The notes under the pieces: model-generated
What the model was told of the DNA's origin: nothing
What the model saw: only the letters and a program-made list of their open reading frames with translations
The model's database searches: none
From: Octopus sinensis
Lineage: Eukaryota
NCBI RefSeq assembly: GCF_006345805.1
Contig: NC_043020.1
Location: 11,656,001 to 11,720,000 of the forward strand
Length of the DNA: 64,000 nt
Direction of reading: 5' to 3'
Position numbers and translations under genes: made by a program
Shown here: piece after piece, positions 50,745-63,734 of the stretch
Numbering within the stretch: the first letter of the stretch is position 1
How the letters are laid out: every line of letters begins with the position of its first letter

Positions 50745-50882
50745 CAACAACATCAAAAAATACCTTAGGAATGAGAACCCAGGTTTGAAATTTCCTCAAG
50801 ACACCTGAAGAAGGCTGGAGGGTATATCAGCCGAAACGTTGTGTTAACAACAAACAAGATGAGGACAAATATCCATCAAATG
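50631..50882 (+). mobile_element. tRNA-headed SINE carrying a minimal type-I hammerhead ribozyme motif
   Basis: Head GGGCATATGGTGTAGTGG...AAGTTCGATTCC, (AAT)n, then the motif at 50800-50845; the 3' end is cut by another SINE at 50890. Confidence 0.85.
50800..50845 (+). ncRNA. minimal type-I hammerhead ribozyme (Penelope/retrozyme-like)
   Basis: Stem I ACAC/GTGT; core CTGAAGA (50805-50811) + extra A; stem II GGCTG/CAGCC; GAA-ACGT (palindromic stem III) T; predicted cleavage after 50840. Activity not tested. Confidence 0.7.
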
Positions 50883-52723
50883 GATTAATGGCGCAGGAGT
50901 GGCTGTGTGATAAGTAGCTTGCTTACCAACCACATGGTTCCGGGTTCAGTCCCACTGCGTGGCACCTTGGGCAAGTGTCTTCTACTATAGCCTCGGGCCG
51001 ACCAAAGCCTTGTGAGTGGATTTGGTAGACGGAAACTAAAAAGAAGCCCGTCGTATATATGTATATATATATATGTGTGTGTGTGTTTGTGTGTCTGTCC
51101 CCCTAGCATTGCTTGACAACTGATGCTGGTGTGTTTATGTCGCCGTTACTTAGCGGTTCGGCAAAAGGGACCGATAGAATAAGTACTGGGCTTACAAAAG
51201 AATAAGTCCCGGAGTCGAGTTGCTCGATTAAAGGCGGTGCTCCAGCATGGCCGCAGTCAAATGACTGAAACAAGTAAAAGAGTAAGAGTAATGCAAATAA
51301 TCTAAATTGAGACATCAACAATATACGCTTCATCCCTTATTTCTTTTTTAACCCCTCTGGGCTTATTGTTGCTGTTTTACCCAATGTCATCCCTCAGTGA
51401 GCAGACTTTTTATCTTGTCAAAAGGTCAAAGGTATTTTGTCTATGTATGTCTAGGACAACGCTGTCTTATGTGTTGTTTTTTCGGTGTTAAAAGAATTAT
51501 TTAAAGATGAATTAGTTGTTATTTCTAGCGTGTTTAGTGACCACATCGAAGGTCCCTAAATGGTAATATATCACTGAATCAAGTTTGTGGTTCTGAACTA
51601 GAATGAAGGTGATTAGTCTTAAGCCTTTGAATTATGTCCCTTTATGTTCCTAGTTTTTATTTCCCACTTGTGTTTTCAAATAAGAAACAGCCAGGGCCTA
51701 TACAGAGTCAGATTTAGACCAAGTGGAGGCCCCTGGGCCAATAGTTTTATTGGTGGGGTGGGGGCTACAATTTTGTGCATGGAATTTTGACTCTTTCGGT
51801 GAAAACGACAGGAGTACTCTTTTACTCTTTACTTGTTTCAGTCATTTGACTGCGGCCATGCTGCGGCACCGCCTTTAGTCGAGCAAATCGACCCTGGGAC
51901 TTATTCTTTGTAAGCCCAGTACTTATTCTATCGGTCTCTTTTGCCAAACCGCTAAGTGACGGCGACGTAAACACACCAGCATCGGTTGTCAAGCAATGCT
52001 AGGGGGACAAACACAGACACACAAACATATATACGACAGGCTTCTTTCAGTTTCTGTCTACCAAATCCACTCACAAGGCTTTGGTCGGGCCGAGGCTATA
52101 GTAGAAGACACTTGTCCAAGATGCCACGCAGTGGGACTGAACCCAGAACCATGTGGTTGGTTAGCAGCTACTTACCACACAGCCAGTCCTGTGCCTATTG
52201 TGTCAAATAACGTTGTAATTCTCAATCATATTTTGTTGTGGAACCCAGTTACGAGTTTTTCACAAAAATCCCAGGACCCTATCCTATGTCTTATGGACAA
52301 CCCCTACCTCCTTAGTTAAAAAGAAAACATTAACCCTTTAGCATTCAAACAGGCCATACCTGGCCACAAATATTCTACCTGTTTTGTGTTTTAATAATGG
52401 AAGGCAAGGTTTATGATATCAGAGGAATATCATCTCCTTCCATCATTCTTCTTCTTCATCATCATCATCATCATCGTTTAACATCCGCTTTCCATGCTAG
52501 CATGGGTTGGACGGTTCAACTGGGGTCTGGGAAGCCCGAAGGCTGCACCAGGCCCAGTCAGATCTGGCAGTGTTTCTACAGCTGGATGCCCTTCCTAACG
52601 CCAACCACTCCGTGAGTGTAGTGAATGCTTTTTATGTGCCATCGACACAGGTGCCAGACGAGGCTGGCGAACGGCCACGCTCAGATGGTGTTTTTTACGT
52701 GCCACCAGCACGGAGGCCCTTTA

Positions 52724-53082
52724 TGTAGTTCAGGCTTTCGGCAGGCTGAGAGAAAAAACTTCAAGCATAAATGCTATTTACAACTGGTTTATTTACAGGA
52801 AAAGTGAAGTGTCCTGCTCTCAGCTACCATCATAAGCTCTGTTAGTGTGGGCACATTGCCTCTGGAGATAGACAGGCAGAAAAGCTCAGCCAGTGCTGCT
52901 GTGGTGAATGGCGCCAAAAGTGACAGGTCTGAATGGTTTCCCGTTTATATAGTTTCCATCGTGAGCCTCGTGATCTTGCGCATGGCAAATGGATGCAGGT
53001 GAGGTCTCACTCCAGTCTTGGAGATAGCAATGGCTGCCATGAGATCTCATCAAATATGGCACTGGCGGATTGTGCTGCTACA
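52724..53082 (-). mobile_element. probable solo LTR, 359 bp
   Basis: TGTAG...CTACA termini, minus-strand TATATAAA and AATAAA in the expected order; no matching TSD. Confidence 0.55.
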
Positions 53083-56000
53083 ATGTCATTCTAAAAATAA
53101 ACAATCACAGCATCGAAATCTTGAGACAATGTATGATTGATTTAAAACAATGTGAACAAATTAGCATTACACTTAATTAACAAATCTGATTGCTAAAGGG
53201 TTAAATGAATGAACTGTTTTAAAAGAGACAAGTGAGACCATAACCCGTGGCCCCTACCTGGGACGTAGCCAGCCCACTTATGCATACCTTTCCTTCTTGT
53301 GACAGAAACCCTACTTGTGAAGACGTGGTGAGGCAAGTGAAAATCGAAATTGAAATCGTTCAACATCAATGGAAATTGTAGCTGTGATACCAGTGCCGGT
53401 GGCAGGTAAGAGAACCATCCGAACGTGGCCATTGCCAGCGCCGCCCCAACTGGCCTCCGTGCCAGTGGCACGTAAAAAGCACCATTCAATTGTGGCTGTT
53501 TGCCAGCCTCGTCTGGCCCCCGTGCTGGTGGCACGTAAAAAGCACCATCCGATTGTGGCCGTTGCCAGCCTTGTCTGGCCCCCGTGCTGGTGGCACATAA
53601 AAAGCATCATCCGATCGTGGCCGTTTGCCAGCCTCGTCTGGCACCTGTGCAGGTGGCACATAAAAAGCACCCACTACACTCTTGGAGTGGTTGGCGTTAG
53701 GAAGGGCATCCAGCTGTAGAAACGCTGAAAGATCAGAATGGAGCCTGGCGCAGCCTTCTGGCTTCCCAGACCCCAGTTGAACCGTCCAACCCATGCTAGC
53801 ATGGAAAACGGATGTTAAACGATGATGATGAAGCCGTTGATGATCATGACTTGTTCTTCCGTTTATTTCTGCTTCTTACTACATCACCCAGGTCTTTCTC
53901 TCTCAGCCATTTCATTCTCTTCTTCATCCAATCAAACATCTTCAATCTCCGCCTTCCTCTCTCGCTCTCCTTCCTTCCAGCTCAGTATCCACCATGTAAT
54001 GCTCCATTCCATCATCATCATCATCATTGTTTAACGTCCGTTTTCCATGCTAGCATGGGTTGGACGGTTCGACCGGAGTCTGGGAAGCCAGAAAGCTGCA
54101 CCAGGTTCCAGTCTGATCTGGCAGTGTTTCTACAGCTGGATGCCCTTCCTAACGCCAACCACTCCATGAGTGTAGTGGGTGTTTTTACGTGCCACCGGCA
54201 CAGGAGCCAGTGGAGGCTGGCAAACAGCCATGATCGGTTGGTGCTTTTAACGTGCCACCGGCACGGAAGCTAGTCAAGGCAGCGCTGGTATCGGCCACGT
54301 TCGGATGGTGCTTTTTATGTCCCACCGGCACAGAAGCCAGTTGAGGCGGCACTGGCATCGGCCACGTTCAGATGGTGCTTTTTATGTCCCACCGGCACTG
54401 GCATCGGCCATGTTCAGATGGTGCTTTTCATGTCCCACCGGCACAGAAGCCAGTCGAGGCGGCACTGGCATCGGCCACGTTCGGATGGTGCTTTTTATGT
54501 GCCACCGGCACAGAAGCCAGTCGAGGCAGCGCTGGCATTGGCCACGTTCGGATGGTGCTTTTTATGTGTCTCTAAGAAAATGACCAACAAATCTCCACTG
54601 TCTCTCTCTGATAGTATCCATTAACTGTCTCTTCAATTTCATCTTCTTCAACATTTCCACATTCGTCACCCTCTGTACCCATGAGATTCTAAGCATTTTT
54701 TCTATAAAACCACATTTCTGCAGCTTTGAGTCTCTTCTCCATGACTTTGCTTATCGTTCAAGACTCACAGCTTTTGTATTTGGTTTGCAAGATTCTTTAT
54801 GTGAATTCATGTGTTGAAGCATATTTTATTGTGCCTGGGAAGAGTTATTCGGTTTTAATGTCTCATTAACCCTTTCGTTACCAACCCGGCCAAAACCGGC
54901 TCTGGCTCAGTAGTATAAATGTCTTGTTTTCATTAGTTTTTCATTAAAATTTACCACCAAACCTTAGTCACAATTTATGTTCCTAACACAAGCTTAATGA
55001 TAACTAAGTTATTTTACTAAATTCATTGTTATATTTAAAACAATTGAAAGAAATTTTGAGCATCTCAACATAAATACAGTAACAAAAGGGTTAATTAACA
55101 CACTCCCTTGACCACAAATGGCCTGAACTCTTTTCTTCCTTGACCACAACTGGCCTGAACTCTTTGCATGAACACCACCCTGTACATAACTCCATGTCCC
55201 CCTACATGGCCTTGCTTTTTGCTTTTTGAGTCAAAAAATTAACTTAACTTAACACTCAATGGTTTGATTTGAAAGAGAGAGAGAGGAAGAGAAGAAAAGG
55301 ACATTCAGTAAATTGGAGCCGTTTTAATTGTCCTTTATAATCACATGAAATAATCATGTCATCGACATTTTAATTGTGCTAAATGACATGTATTGCCTGT
55401 GGAGAGGTCACAGTAGATAACCTACAGGTCATTTGACAGGCAGCACACACTTCGTCTCACGTTGGCCTGTGATCTCTTCAACACCTGACACGTGGTGCAC
55501 AGTTCACCTGATCAGACAACCTTGATTTTTTTGTTGTTTATTCCTTCTTGAGCCATGCCTGGCTCATAAGGGCCGGTTTCCCGGTTACCTTGGCGTATGG
55601 GTTCCCCACCTGGATGGGACGCCAGTCCATCGCAGGTGAGCTGCATGATGCAGGAGGAAAGAGTGAGAGAAAGTTGTGGCGAAAGAGTCAGCAGAAGTTC
55701 ATCATTACCTTCTTCCGGAGCCGCATGGAGCTTAGGTGTTTTTGCTCATAAGCACTCACATTGCCCGGTCTGAGATTCGAACCCGCGATCCCTCGACCGC
55801 AAGTCCGCTGCTCTAACCACTAGGCCATGTGCCTCCACCCAACCTTGATTTGATGGAGAGAGTGAGATGATGTGCGGCACAAACATTTGATCATTATAGA
55901 CAAATCATTTGTGCAAGTTGTTCGGCAAAAACTAAACACTCATATCTAATATATCATCTTCGACAGGAGAATTCACCATGTATGTGTGTGTATATAAGAC

Positions 56001-58149
56001 CCCCTTCGGTCATGACTGACCGTGAGATTGCACCTAGAAAGTTACCCTCTCAGGCACAAGTCCGGGCAAGGTTGTTTATGGGAGACCAGCAGTCGCCCAT
56101 GCATACCGGCCTCCCCTCTCCACGCCACCAGTGTTATCTAAGGGAAAGGCAAAGGGGCTGATACAGCTTGGCACCAGTGACGTCGCAACTCATTTCTATA
56201 GCTGAGTGAACTGGAGCAACGTGAAATAAAGTGTCCTGCTCAAGAATACAACACGCAACCCAGTCCAGGATTCGAACCCACAACCTCATGGTCATAAGCT
56301 TGTCGCTCTGACCACTGCACAAGACTAATAACCTGGTGTAGAACTCAATATGTGAATGCTTCAGGACACAATGTTAGATGTGTATAGAGTGGTAAATAAA
56401 AACAAAGTAGGAGTAGCTGTGTGGTAAGTAGCTTGCTTACCAACCACATGGTTCCAGGTTCAGTCCCATTGTGTGGCATCTTAGGCAAGTGTCTTCTACT
56501 ATAGCCTCGGGCCGACCAAAGCCTTGTGAGTGGATTTGGTAGACGGAATCTGAAAGAAGCCCATCGTATATATACATACATGCATATATATATATATTAT
56601 TAATAAAAAAATTCGACCAACCTTGTCTGATTTTCACGTTTTATTACAATTTATAATGATATATAAGATAATATATATAATTGATAAAATAAAATGAAAT
56701 AGTAGAATGTTAAATATTCATTCTGATTGAACTAGTACTTTCATGCTGAATTCTGCAATCTTCGGGTTCATGTATAGTGTTGACAGTCATGCTTCACAAT
56801 TTTTGACTGTAGCAAGATGATTGATTCTGTGCTATAAATACAGCTGGGTAGGCTCCAGAGTGCTAGGTTTTGCAAATATATATATATGTATGTGTGTGTG
56901 TGTATGTCTTTGTTTGTCCCTCCAACATCGCTTGACAACCGATGCTGGTGTGTTTACGTCCCCGTAACTTAGCGGTTCGGCTTAAGAGACCGATAGAATA
57001 AGTACTAGGCTTACAAAGAGTAAGTCCTGGGGTCGATTTACTCGACTAAAAGGCGGTGCTCCAGCATGGCCACAGTCAAATGAGTAAAAGACACCAGAAA
57101 AACAAAGGCTATGTAATGAACCTCATTAGCTTGCAGCTGTTTCTTCTATACTCTTTTACTTGTTTCAGTCATTTGACTGTGGCCATGCTGGAGCACCGCC
57201 TTTAGTCGAGCAAATCAACCCCAGGACTTATTCTTTGTAAGCCTAGTACTTATTATATCGGTCTCTTATTGCTGAACCGCTAAGTTGCAGGAACATAAAC
57301 ACACCAGCATCGGTTGTCAAGCGATGTTGGAGGGACAAAACACAGACACACAAGCATACACACACACACATACATATATATGATGGGCTTCTTTCAGTTT
57401 CCATCTACCAAATCCACTCACAAGGCTTTGGTCAGCCTGAGGCTATAGAAGACACTTGCCGAAGGTGCCACGCAGTGGGACTGAACCCGGAACCATGTGG
57501 TTGGTAAACAAGCTACTTACCACACAGCCACTCCTGTGCCTATATTTTTTTTCCTAGATAATACTTCTAAATGAGATTTTCATCAAAAGATTCTTCTGAA
57601 GAAGCACATTCTTTTAAACCCAATTAATCAATAATTTTCTTTTAAAATAAGATATTTTGATTGAAATAAATTTTTCTCCTTACTCTCCTATTATTGATCT
57701 CACATATTTGACTTAACTTTTTTTTTCAATGAACCAAAGTTCACTTATTTTATCTCAAAATGTAGCTTAGAAGTGGACCATCATCATCATCGTTTAACAT
57801 CCATTTTCCATGCTAGCATGGGTTGGATGTTTTGACCGGGGTCTGGGAAGCCAGGCGGCTGCACCAGGCTCCAATCTTGATCTGGCAGTGTTTCTACAGC
57901 TGGATGCCTTTCCTAACGCCTTTCCAACCACTCCATGAGCGTAGTGGATGTTTTTTACGTGCCACTGGCACAGGGGCCAGAGGAGGCTGGCAAACGACCA
58001 CGATCGGTTGGTGCTTTTACGTGTCACTGATATGGACGCCAGTCAGGTGGCGCTGGCATCTGCCACGTTCGGACGATGCCTTTTACGTGTCACTGGCACG
58101 GGTATCTTAACTACAATTTCCATTTGATTTTTATTTTGATGTTGGTGTT

Positions 58150-58523
58150 TGTTTGTTTGTTGAGTGAAGCGGTCTTCGTCCCAGCTGTAGTGGGAGAAGT
58201 CCGAAACGTGGTCCTTTGCTATTCGTAAGACCCGCCGAAGAGAAAGCAGGTCAACCCCCAACACCGAGAGCATCGACGGATGGATAAATGCGCATCCAGG
58301 CTCAGCGGTTGCGTAGGTAGTCGGGGACAAGAAACAGGAAGAGAGAGTGATAGAAAGTTGGGGCAAAAGAGTACAACAGGGGTCGCCACCACCCCCTGCT
58401 GGAGCTTCGTGGAGCTTCAGGTGTTTTCGCTAAATAAACACACAACGCCCGGTCTAGGAATCGAAACCGCGATCCTCCAACTGCGAGTCCGCTGCCCTAA
58501 CCATCGGGCCATTGCGCCTCCAC
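58150..58523 (-). mobile_element. tRNA-SINE with the third-family head but a different 3' tail ending in (AAAC)n
   Basis: 14-bp TSD TTGATGTTGGTGTT (58136-58149 / 58524-58537); inserted in an RTE 3'UTR. Confidence 0.85.
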
Positions 58524-59854
58524 TTGATGTTGGTGTTGATGTACTTGACTCAATAGGTCTCCTCAAGAACAGCAGGTCACTCTACAATCCAAGGTTAGCA
58601 CAGCATTGCTAAAAAAAAAAAACCCGCATCCAAGCTAGTTGAGGATAGGGTTAGTGATGAGGCAGTGGGTGAATGATAAATAGATGGGATGCTATACATC
58701 ATTTACGCACATCAAGCATGCTTACATCAGAAATGAAGATAAAGATTTTCACCTGATTAACATTATGTCGTCACTAATCATTTCATTTTATGGGAGGTGG
58801 GTGGGTGGAGTCAGAAAAAGGATTACAGGCAACCCCAACCACCACTTCTTCCTCTATTTCATTATCTCCAGATAAATCAAAAAGAAAAAAAAAATTAATT
58901 TCCTGTTAAAATTATTCCAGGTCACAAATGTTCAGTGTATAAATTATTGTGACTAAACAAATTTGGACCATTTAATCACCTAAATCCTTGCGTTGGTGTA
59001 ATTGGTATAATATTAGCTAATTTTGAAGATACAATCAGCTCTTCGGGAGACAGCATCTTTGTACAAGTCTAACACTTGTCTGTGAGGTTTATCAGTGATT
59101 ATAATCCATTTTTCACACTGATAACAATCAATTTATAGCTACCTTCTGTATCTTTATCTCTGTCTCTCATTATATTATATGTGTGTGCACGTGTAGCTTG
59201 CTTACCAACCACATGGTTCCGGGTTCAGTCCCATTGCGTGGCACCTTGGGCAAGTGTCTTCTACTATAGCCTCGGGCCGACCAAAGCCTTGTGAGTGGAT
59301 TTGGTAGACGGAAACTGAAAGAAGCCCGTCATATCATCATCATCATCCTCGTTTAACGTCTGTTTTCCATGCTAGCATGGGTTGGACGGTTCGACCAGGT
59401 TTTGGCAAGCCAGAAGGTTGCACCAGGCTCTGATCTGATCTGGAAGTGTTTCTACAGCTAGATGCCCTTCCTAACACCAACCACTCCGTGAGTCTAGTGG
59501 GTGCTTTTTACGTGCCAGTCAGGCTGGCACAGAAGCCAGTCAAGGCGGAGCTCAAAACATAAATTAGCTGTAATCAGAATTGGCAAATTTCAAGTTCTTC
59601 ATAATGCAAAGATATATATAATATATATGTGCATGTGTGTTTGTCCCCCTAGTATTGCTTGACAACCGATGCTGGTGTGTTTATGTCCCCGTCACTTAGC
59701 GGTTTGGCAAAAGAGACCGATAGAATAAGTACTGGGCTTACAAAGAATAAGTCCCGGGTTGAGTTGCTCGATTAAAGGTGGTGCTCCAGCATGGCCGCAG
59801 TCAAATGACTGAAAAAAGTAAGAGTATATATACCCCACATACACACATGTATAC

Positions 59855-59885
<31 letters not shown>

Positions 59886-61544
59886 TTCACATGTGTGGAT
59901 ATGCTGTGTTAGATAAATTAAGTAAGTAGTTGCATGTGTGTTTGTGTATTTATTTAATAGTAAGGGATCTTCCGTCCAGCCCTGAGGTTGCAGAAAAAAA
60001 AGAAAGGAAAATGACATACAGTAAATTGGTAAAGTTTTAATTACCCTTTAATAACCACATGAAATAATCCTGACATTCGCATGTTAATTGTGCTAGATGA
60101 CATGCGTTGCCTGTGTAGGGCAGGTCACAAAAGATAACCTGCAGGTTACATGACAGACAAGCTCACTTGACAGGCTTCACTTGAAAAAATTTTCAATATT
60201 TAATTATCCTTTAATTGAGGTATTTCATCACATAATTAAACTATTTTTATCATTACTCTCTCTGTCTTTTACTCTTTTACTTGTATAAGTCATTTGACTG
60301 CGGCCATGCTGGAGCACCGCCTTTGATCGAGCAACTCGACCCCGGGACTTATTCTTTTTGTAAGCCCAGTACTTATTCTATCGGTCTCTTTTGCCGAGCC
60401 GCTAAGTAACGGGGACATAAACACACCAGCATCAGTTGTCAAGCAATGCTAGGGGGACAAACACAGATACACAAACACGCATATATATATATACATATAT
60501 ACAACAGGCTTCTTTCAGTTTCCGTCTACCAAATCCACTCACAAGGCTTTGGTCGGCCCGAGGCTATAGTAGAAGACACTTGCCCATGGTGCCACGCAGT
60601 GGGACTGAACCCGGAACCATGTGGTTGGTTAGCAAGCTACTTACCACACAGCCACTCCTGCGCCTATACGACGGGCTTCTTTCAGTTTCCGTCAACCAAA
60701 TCCACTCACAAGGCTTTGGTCGGCCCGAGGCTATAGTAGAAGACATATGTCCAAGGTGCCACCCAGTGGGACTGAACCCGGAACTATGTGGTTGGTAAAC
60801 AAGCTACTTACCACACAGCCACTCCATTATCGTCATCATTTTAACTTTTCCATACTTACCTGAGACAAACGGCCTTTCCTGTCTCAAATCTTCACTTATC
60901 TCCAAGCTATTGATATACTGAATGAGATCTTTGCTCCATTATTATGTTCTGTACTTTCTCAAGCTCAATTACTGCTTGTTCTGTACTTTTCCAGGTTCAG
61001 TTCTTTTCTTTTTTTTTTTTTTACTTGTCTCAGTCATGCTGGAGCACCACCTTTAGCCAATCAAATTGACCCCAGGACCTATTCCTTGTAAGCCTAGTAC
61101 TTATTCTATTGGTCCCCTTTGCCAAACCGCTAAGTTTTGGAGATGTGAACACATCAATGTCAGTTGTTAAGTGATGGTGGGGGAACAAACACACATAATC
61201 CTGAAAATAGCCAACAGACAATGCATTGAATCCCTCTCTCTCTTTCGGAGAGGCACAAGCAGCTACACGCACATATACACACACAGCAGTAACTTCCGCC
61301 TGCCGAATTCGATCACAAAGCTTCAGTCGGCTCAGGGCTATAGCAGAAGACACCTACCCAAAGTGCCACGCAGTGGGACTGAACCCGAAACCACATAGCT
61401 AGGAAGCAAGCTCCCTAACCACACAGCCATGCCCGCGCCTACTATACACAGCGCTACGCGTGTGGCAAGTTTTCTACGGCCGGATGCCCTTCCTGACGCC
61501 AACCCCCACTTGTTGCCAAGCGAAGTAGTTTTTCCCTAATCACT

Positions 61545-61860
61545 GATCATAAAACACAGTCTTCAATGGTCAGGACACGTAGCAAGAATGGAAGAGTCGA
61601 GGTTCCCACACCAAGTCTTAAGTCTTATTCAGTGAGCTCACTTCAGGAAGAAGACCACGGAGTTGTCCTCTTTGAATATACAAGGACCAACTGAAAGCAA
61701 TACTAAAAGTCATTGGAATTGAACCCGAACCATTTGAAACACAAGCCTGAGACCATAGCAAGTGGCAGTGTTCCATTACCATTGGAACAAAAAACCTCAA
61801 AGCCACCAAAAGGGTAAGGCTTGACAAAGTCAACCCTGTCCTCAACCAACATTACCATCC
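61545..61860 (+). mobile_element. decayed RTE-BovB-like ORF2 fragment
   Basis: LQWSGHVARMEESRFPHQVL...SELTSGRRPR...YKDQLKAILK, with stops. Confidence 0.7.
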
Positions 61861-63734
61861 AGTCAATGGCACTGACTCTTCCATGCAAGAATTGGTCAAG
61901 AGTTATCGGATGGTGCCGAAGCCAGTGCCGCCTTGACTGGCTTCCGTGCAGGTGGCACGTAAAATGAACCAATCCGACCGTGGCCGATGCCAGCCTCGCC
62001 TGGCTCCAGTGCAGGTGGCACGTAAAAAGCACCCACTACACTCAGGGAGTGGTTGGCGTTAGGAAGGGCATCCAGCTGTAGAAACATTGCCAGATAAGAC
62101 CAGAGCCTGGTGCAGCCTTCTGGCTTCCCAGATCCCCGGGCGAACCGTCCAACCCATGCTAGCATGGAGAACGGACGTTAAACGATGATGATGATGATGA
62201 TTACCTTTGAATCTAGACTTGGGGGGTCAAACAACAGAGAGCGAGGAATAAATGACATCTAAAGGGTACGTGTCCAATTTTGCTTTCCTTTAAAAATCGG
62301 CACAAAATTTCCGGACAACCCAATACTTATCACAGCTTAGTGCTCTCATCATGTAATGAACTGAGACTGTAGAGAACAGAAAAAAATACTGCAAAGCATT
62401 TAGTCCAACGTCCCAACCACAACAATAGGGGATAGGAAGCACTCTGTCGGTTACGACAATGTGGGTTCCGGTTGATCCGAATCAACGGAAAAGCTTGCTC
62501 GTGAAATTAACGTGTAAGTGGCTGAGCACTCCACAGACACGTGTACCCTTAATGTAGTTCTCGGGGATATTCAGCGTGACACAGAGAGTGACAAGGCCGG
62601 CCCCTTGAAATACAGGTACAACAGAAACAGGAAGTAAGAGTGAGAGAAAGTTGTGGCGAAAGAGTACAGCAGGGATCACCACCATCCCCTGCCGGAGCCT
62701 CGTGGAGCTTTAGGTGTTTTCGCTCAATAAACACTCACAACGCCCGGTCTGGGAATCGAAACCGCGATCCTATGACCGCGAGTCCGCTGCCCTAACCACT
62801 GGGCCATTGCGCCTCCTCACAACAATAACAACAAAATTAAAAAATATTATATATATGTAATTACATATTTTTTTCTTCTTTCATTGAAAGATTTCATTTA
62901 TTATAAATGTGTATTTTATCTCAGAAAGGAATATGAGTCTTCAGAATATGTCTTCTGATATTTGTGACAGAATATCATCACTAAGATCTAAAAAGAAAAA
63001 AGAGAAAGAAAAATCAGCAAAAATACAAAAACTTTAAAACATTAAAATCATATAAACATACTGTTACTACTACTGACATTGGTTTCAAATTTCTTTATTG
63101 CCCACAGGGGGCTAAACAAGGACAGACAAAGGGATTAAGTCGATTACATTGACCCCAGTGCATAACTAATACTTATTTAATCAACCCTGAAAGGATGAGA
63201 GGCAAAGTTAACCTCAGTGGAATGTGAACTCAGAATGCAGCAGCAGACGAAATACTTATTTCTTTATTACCCTCAAGGGGCTAAACACAGAGAAGACAAA
63301 CAAAGACAGACAAATGGATTAAGTCAATTATACTGACCCCAGTGCGTAACTGGTACTTAATTTATCGACCCTGAAAGGACGAAAGGCAAAATCGACCTCG
63401 GCGGAATTTGAACTCAGAACGCAGCGGCAGATGAAATGCCGCTAAGCATTTCGCCCGGTGTGCTAACGATTCTGCCATCTCACTGCCCTGGAAATAAACA
63501 ACCTAGCTTCTATGATAATGATGCTTCCTTACAACCATATGTAATGTTAAGAGAAGACTACAGAAACACGTCCTTACAAACACACATATAATGGGGTTTC
63601 TTTCAGTGTCCACCTATCAAATACACTCACAGGGCTTTGGTTTGCCTTAGACTATAGTAGAGGACACTTGCATAAGGTGCTGTGTAGTAGGATTGAACAC
63701 TGAGAGCACATCACTGGGAAGCAAGCTTCTTAAC

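Noticed and set aside
53830-54010. Purine-rich minus-strand frame that looked exonic
   Set aside because: Reads as a decayed RTE ORF2 end (LEGRRARGRRRLKMFDW), not a host gene.
59013-59117. Possible minus-strand terminal exon CEKWIIITDKPHRQVLDLYKDAVSRRADCIFKIS*
   Set aside because: Plausible acceptor, but no recognisable homology and no linked upstream exon; could be revisited with RNA-seq.
60850-61010. Strong minus-strand donor CAG|GTAAGT with a protein-like frame (KDLIQYINSLEISEDLRQERPFVS); the + strand ATACTTACCTG also resembles the U1 5' end
   Set aside because: In-frame stop upstream with no acceptor (it abuts a SINE tail); the sequence after ATACTTACCTG is not U1.
62925-63037. Possible plus-strand exon RNMSLQNMSSDICDRISSLRSKKKKEKEKSAKIQKL*
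   Set aside because: A-rich low complexity, no homology recognised and no partner exons.
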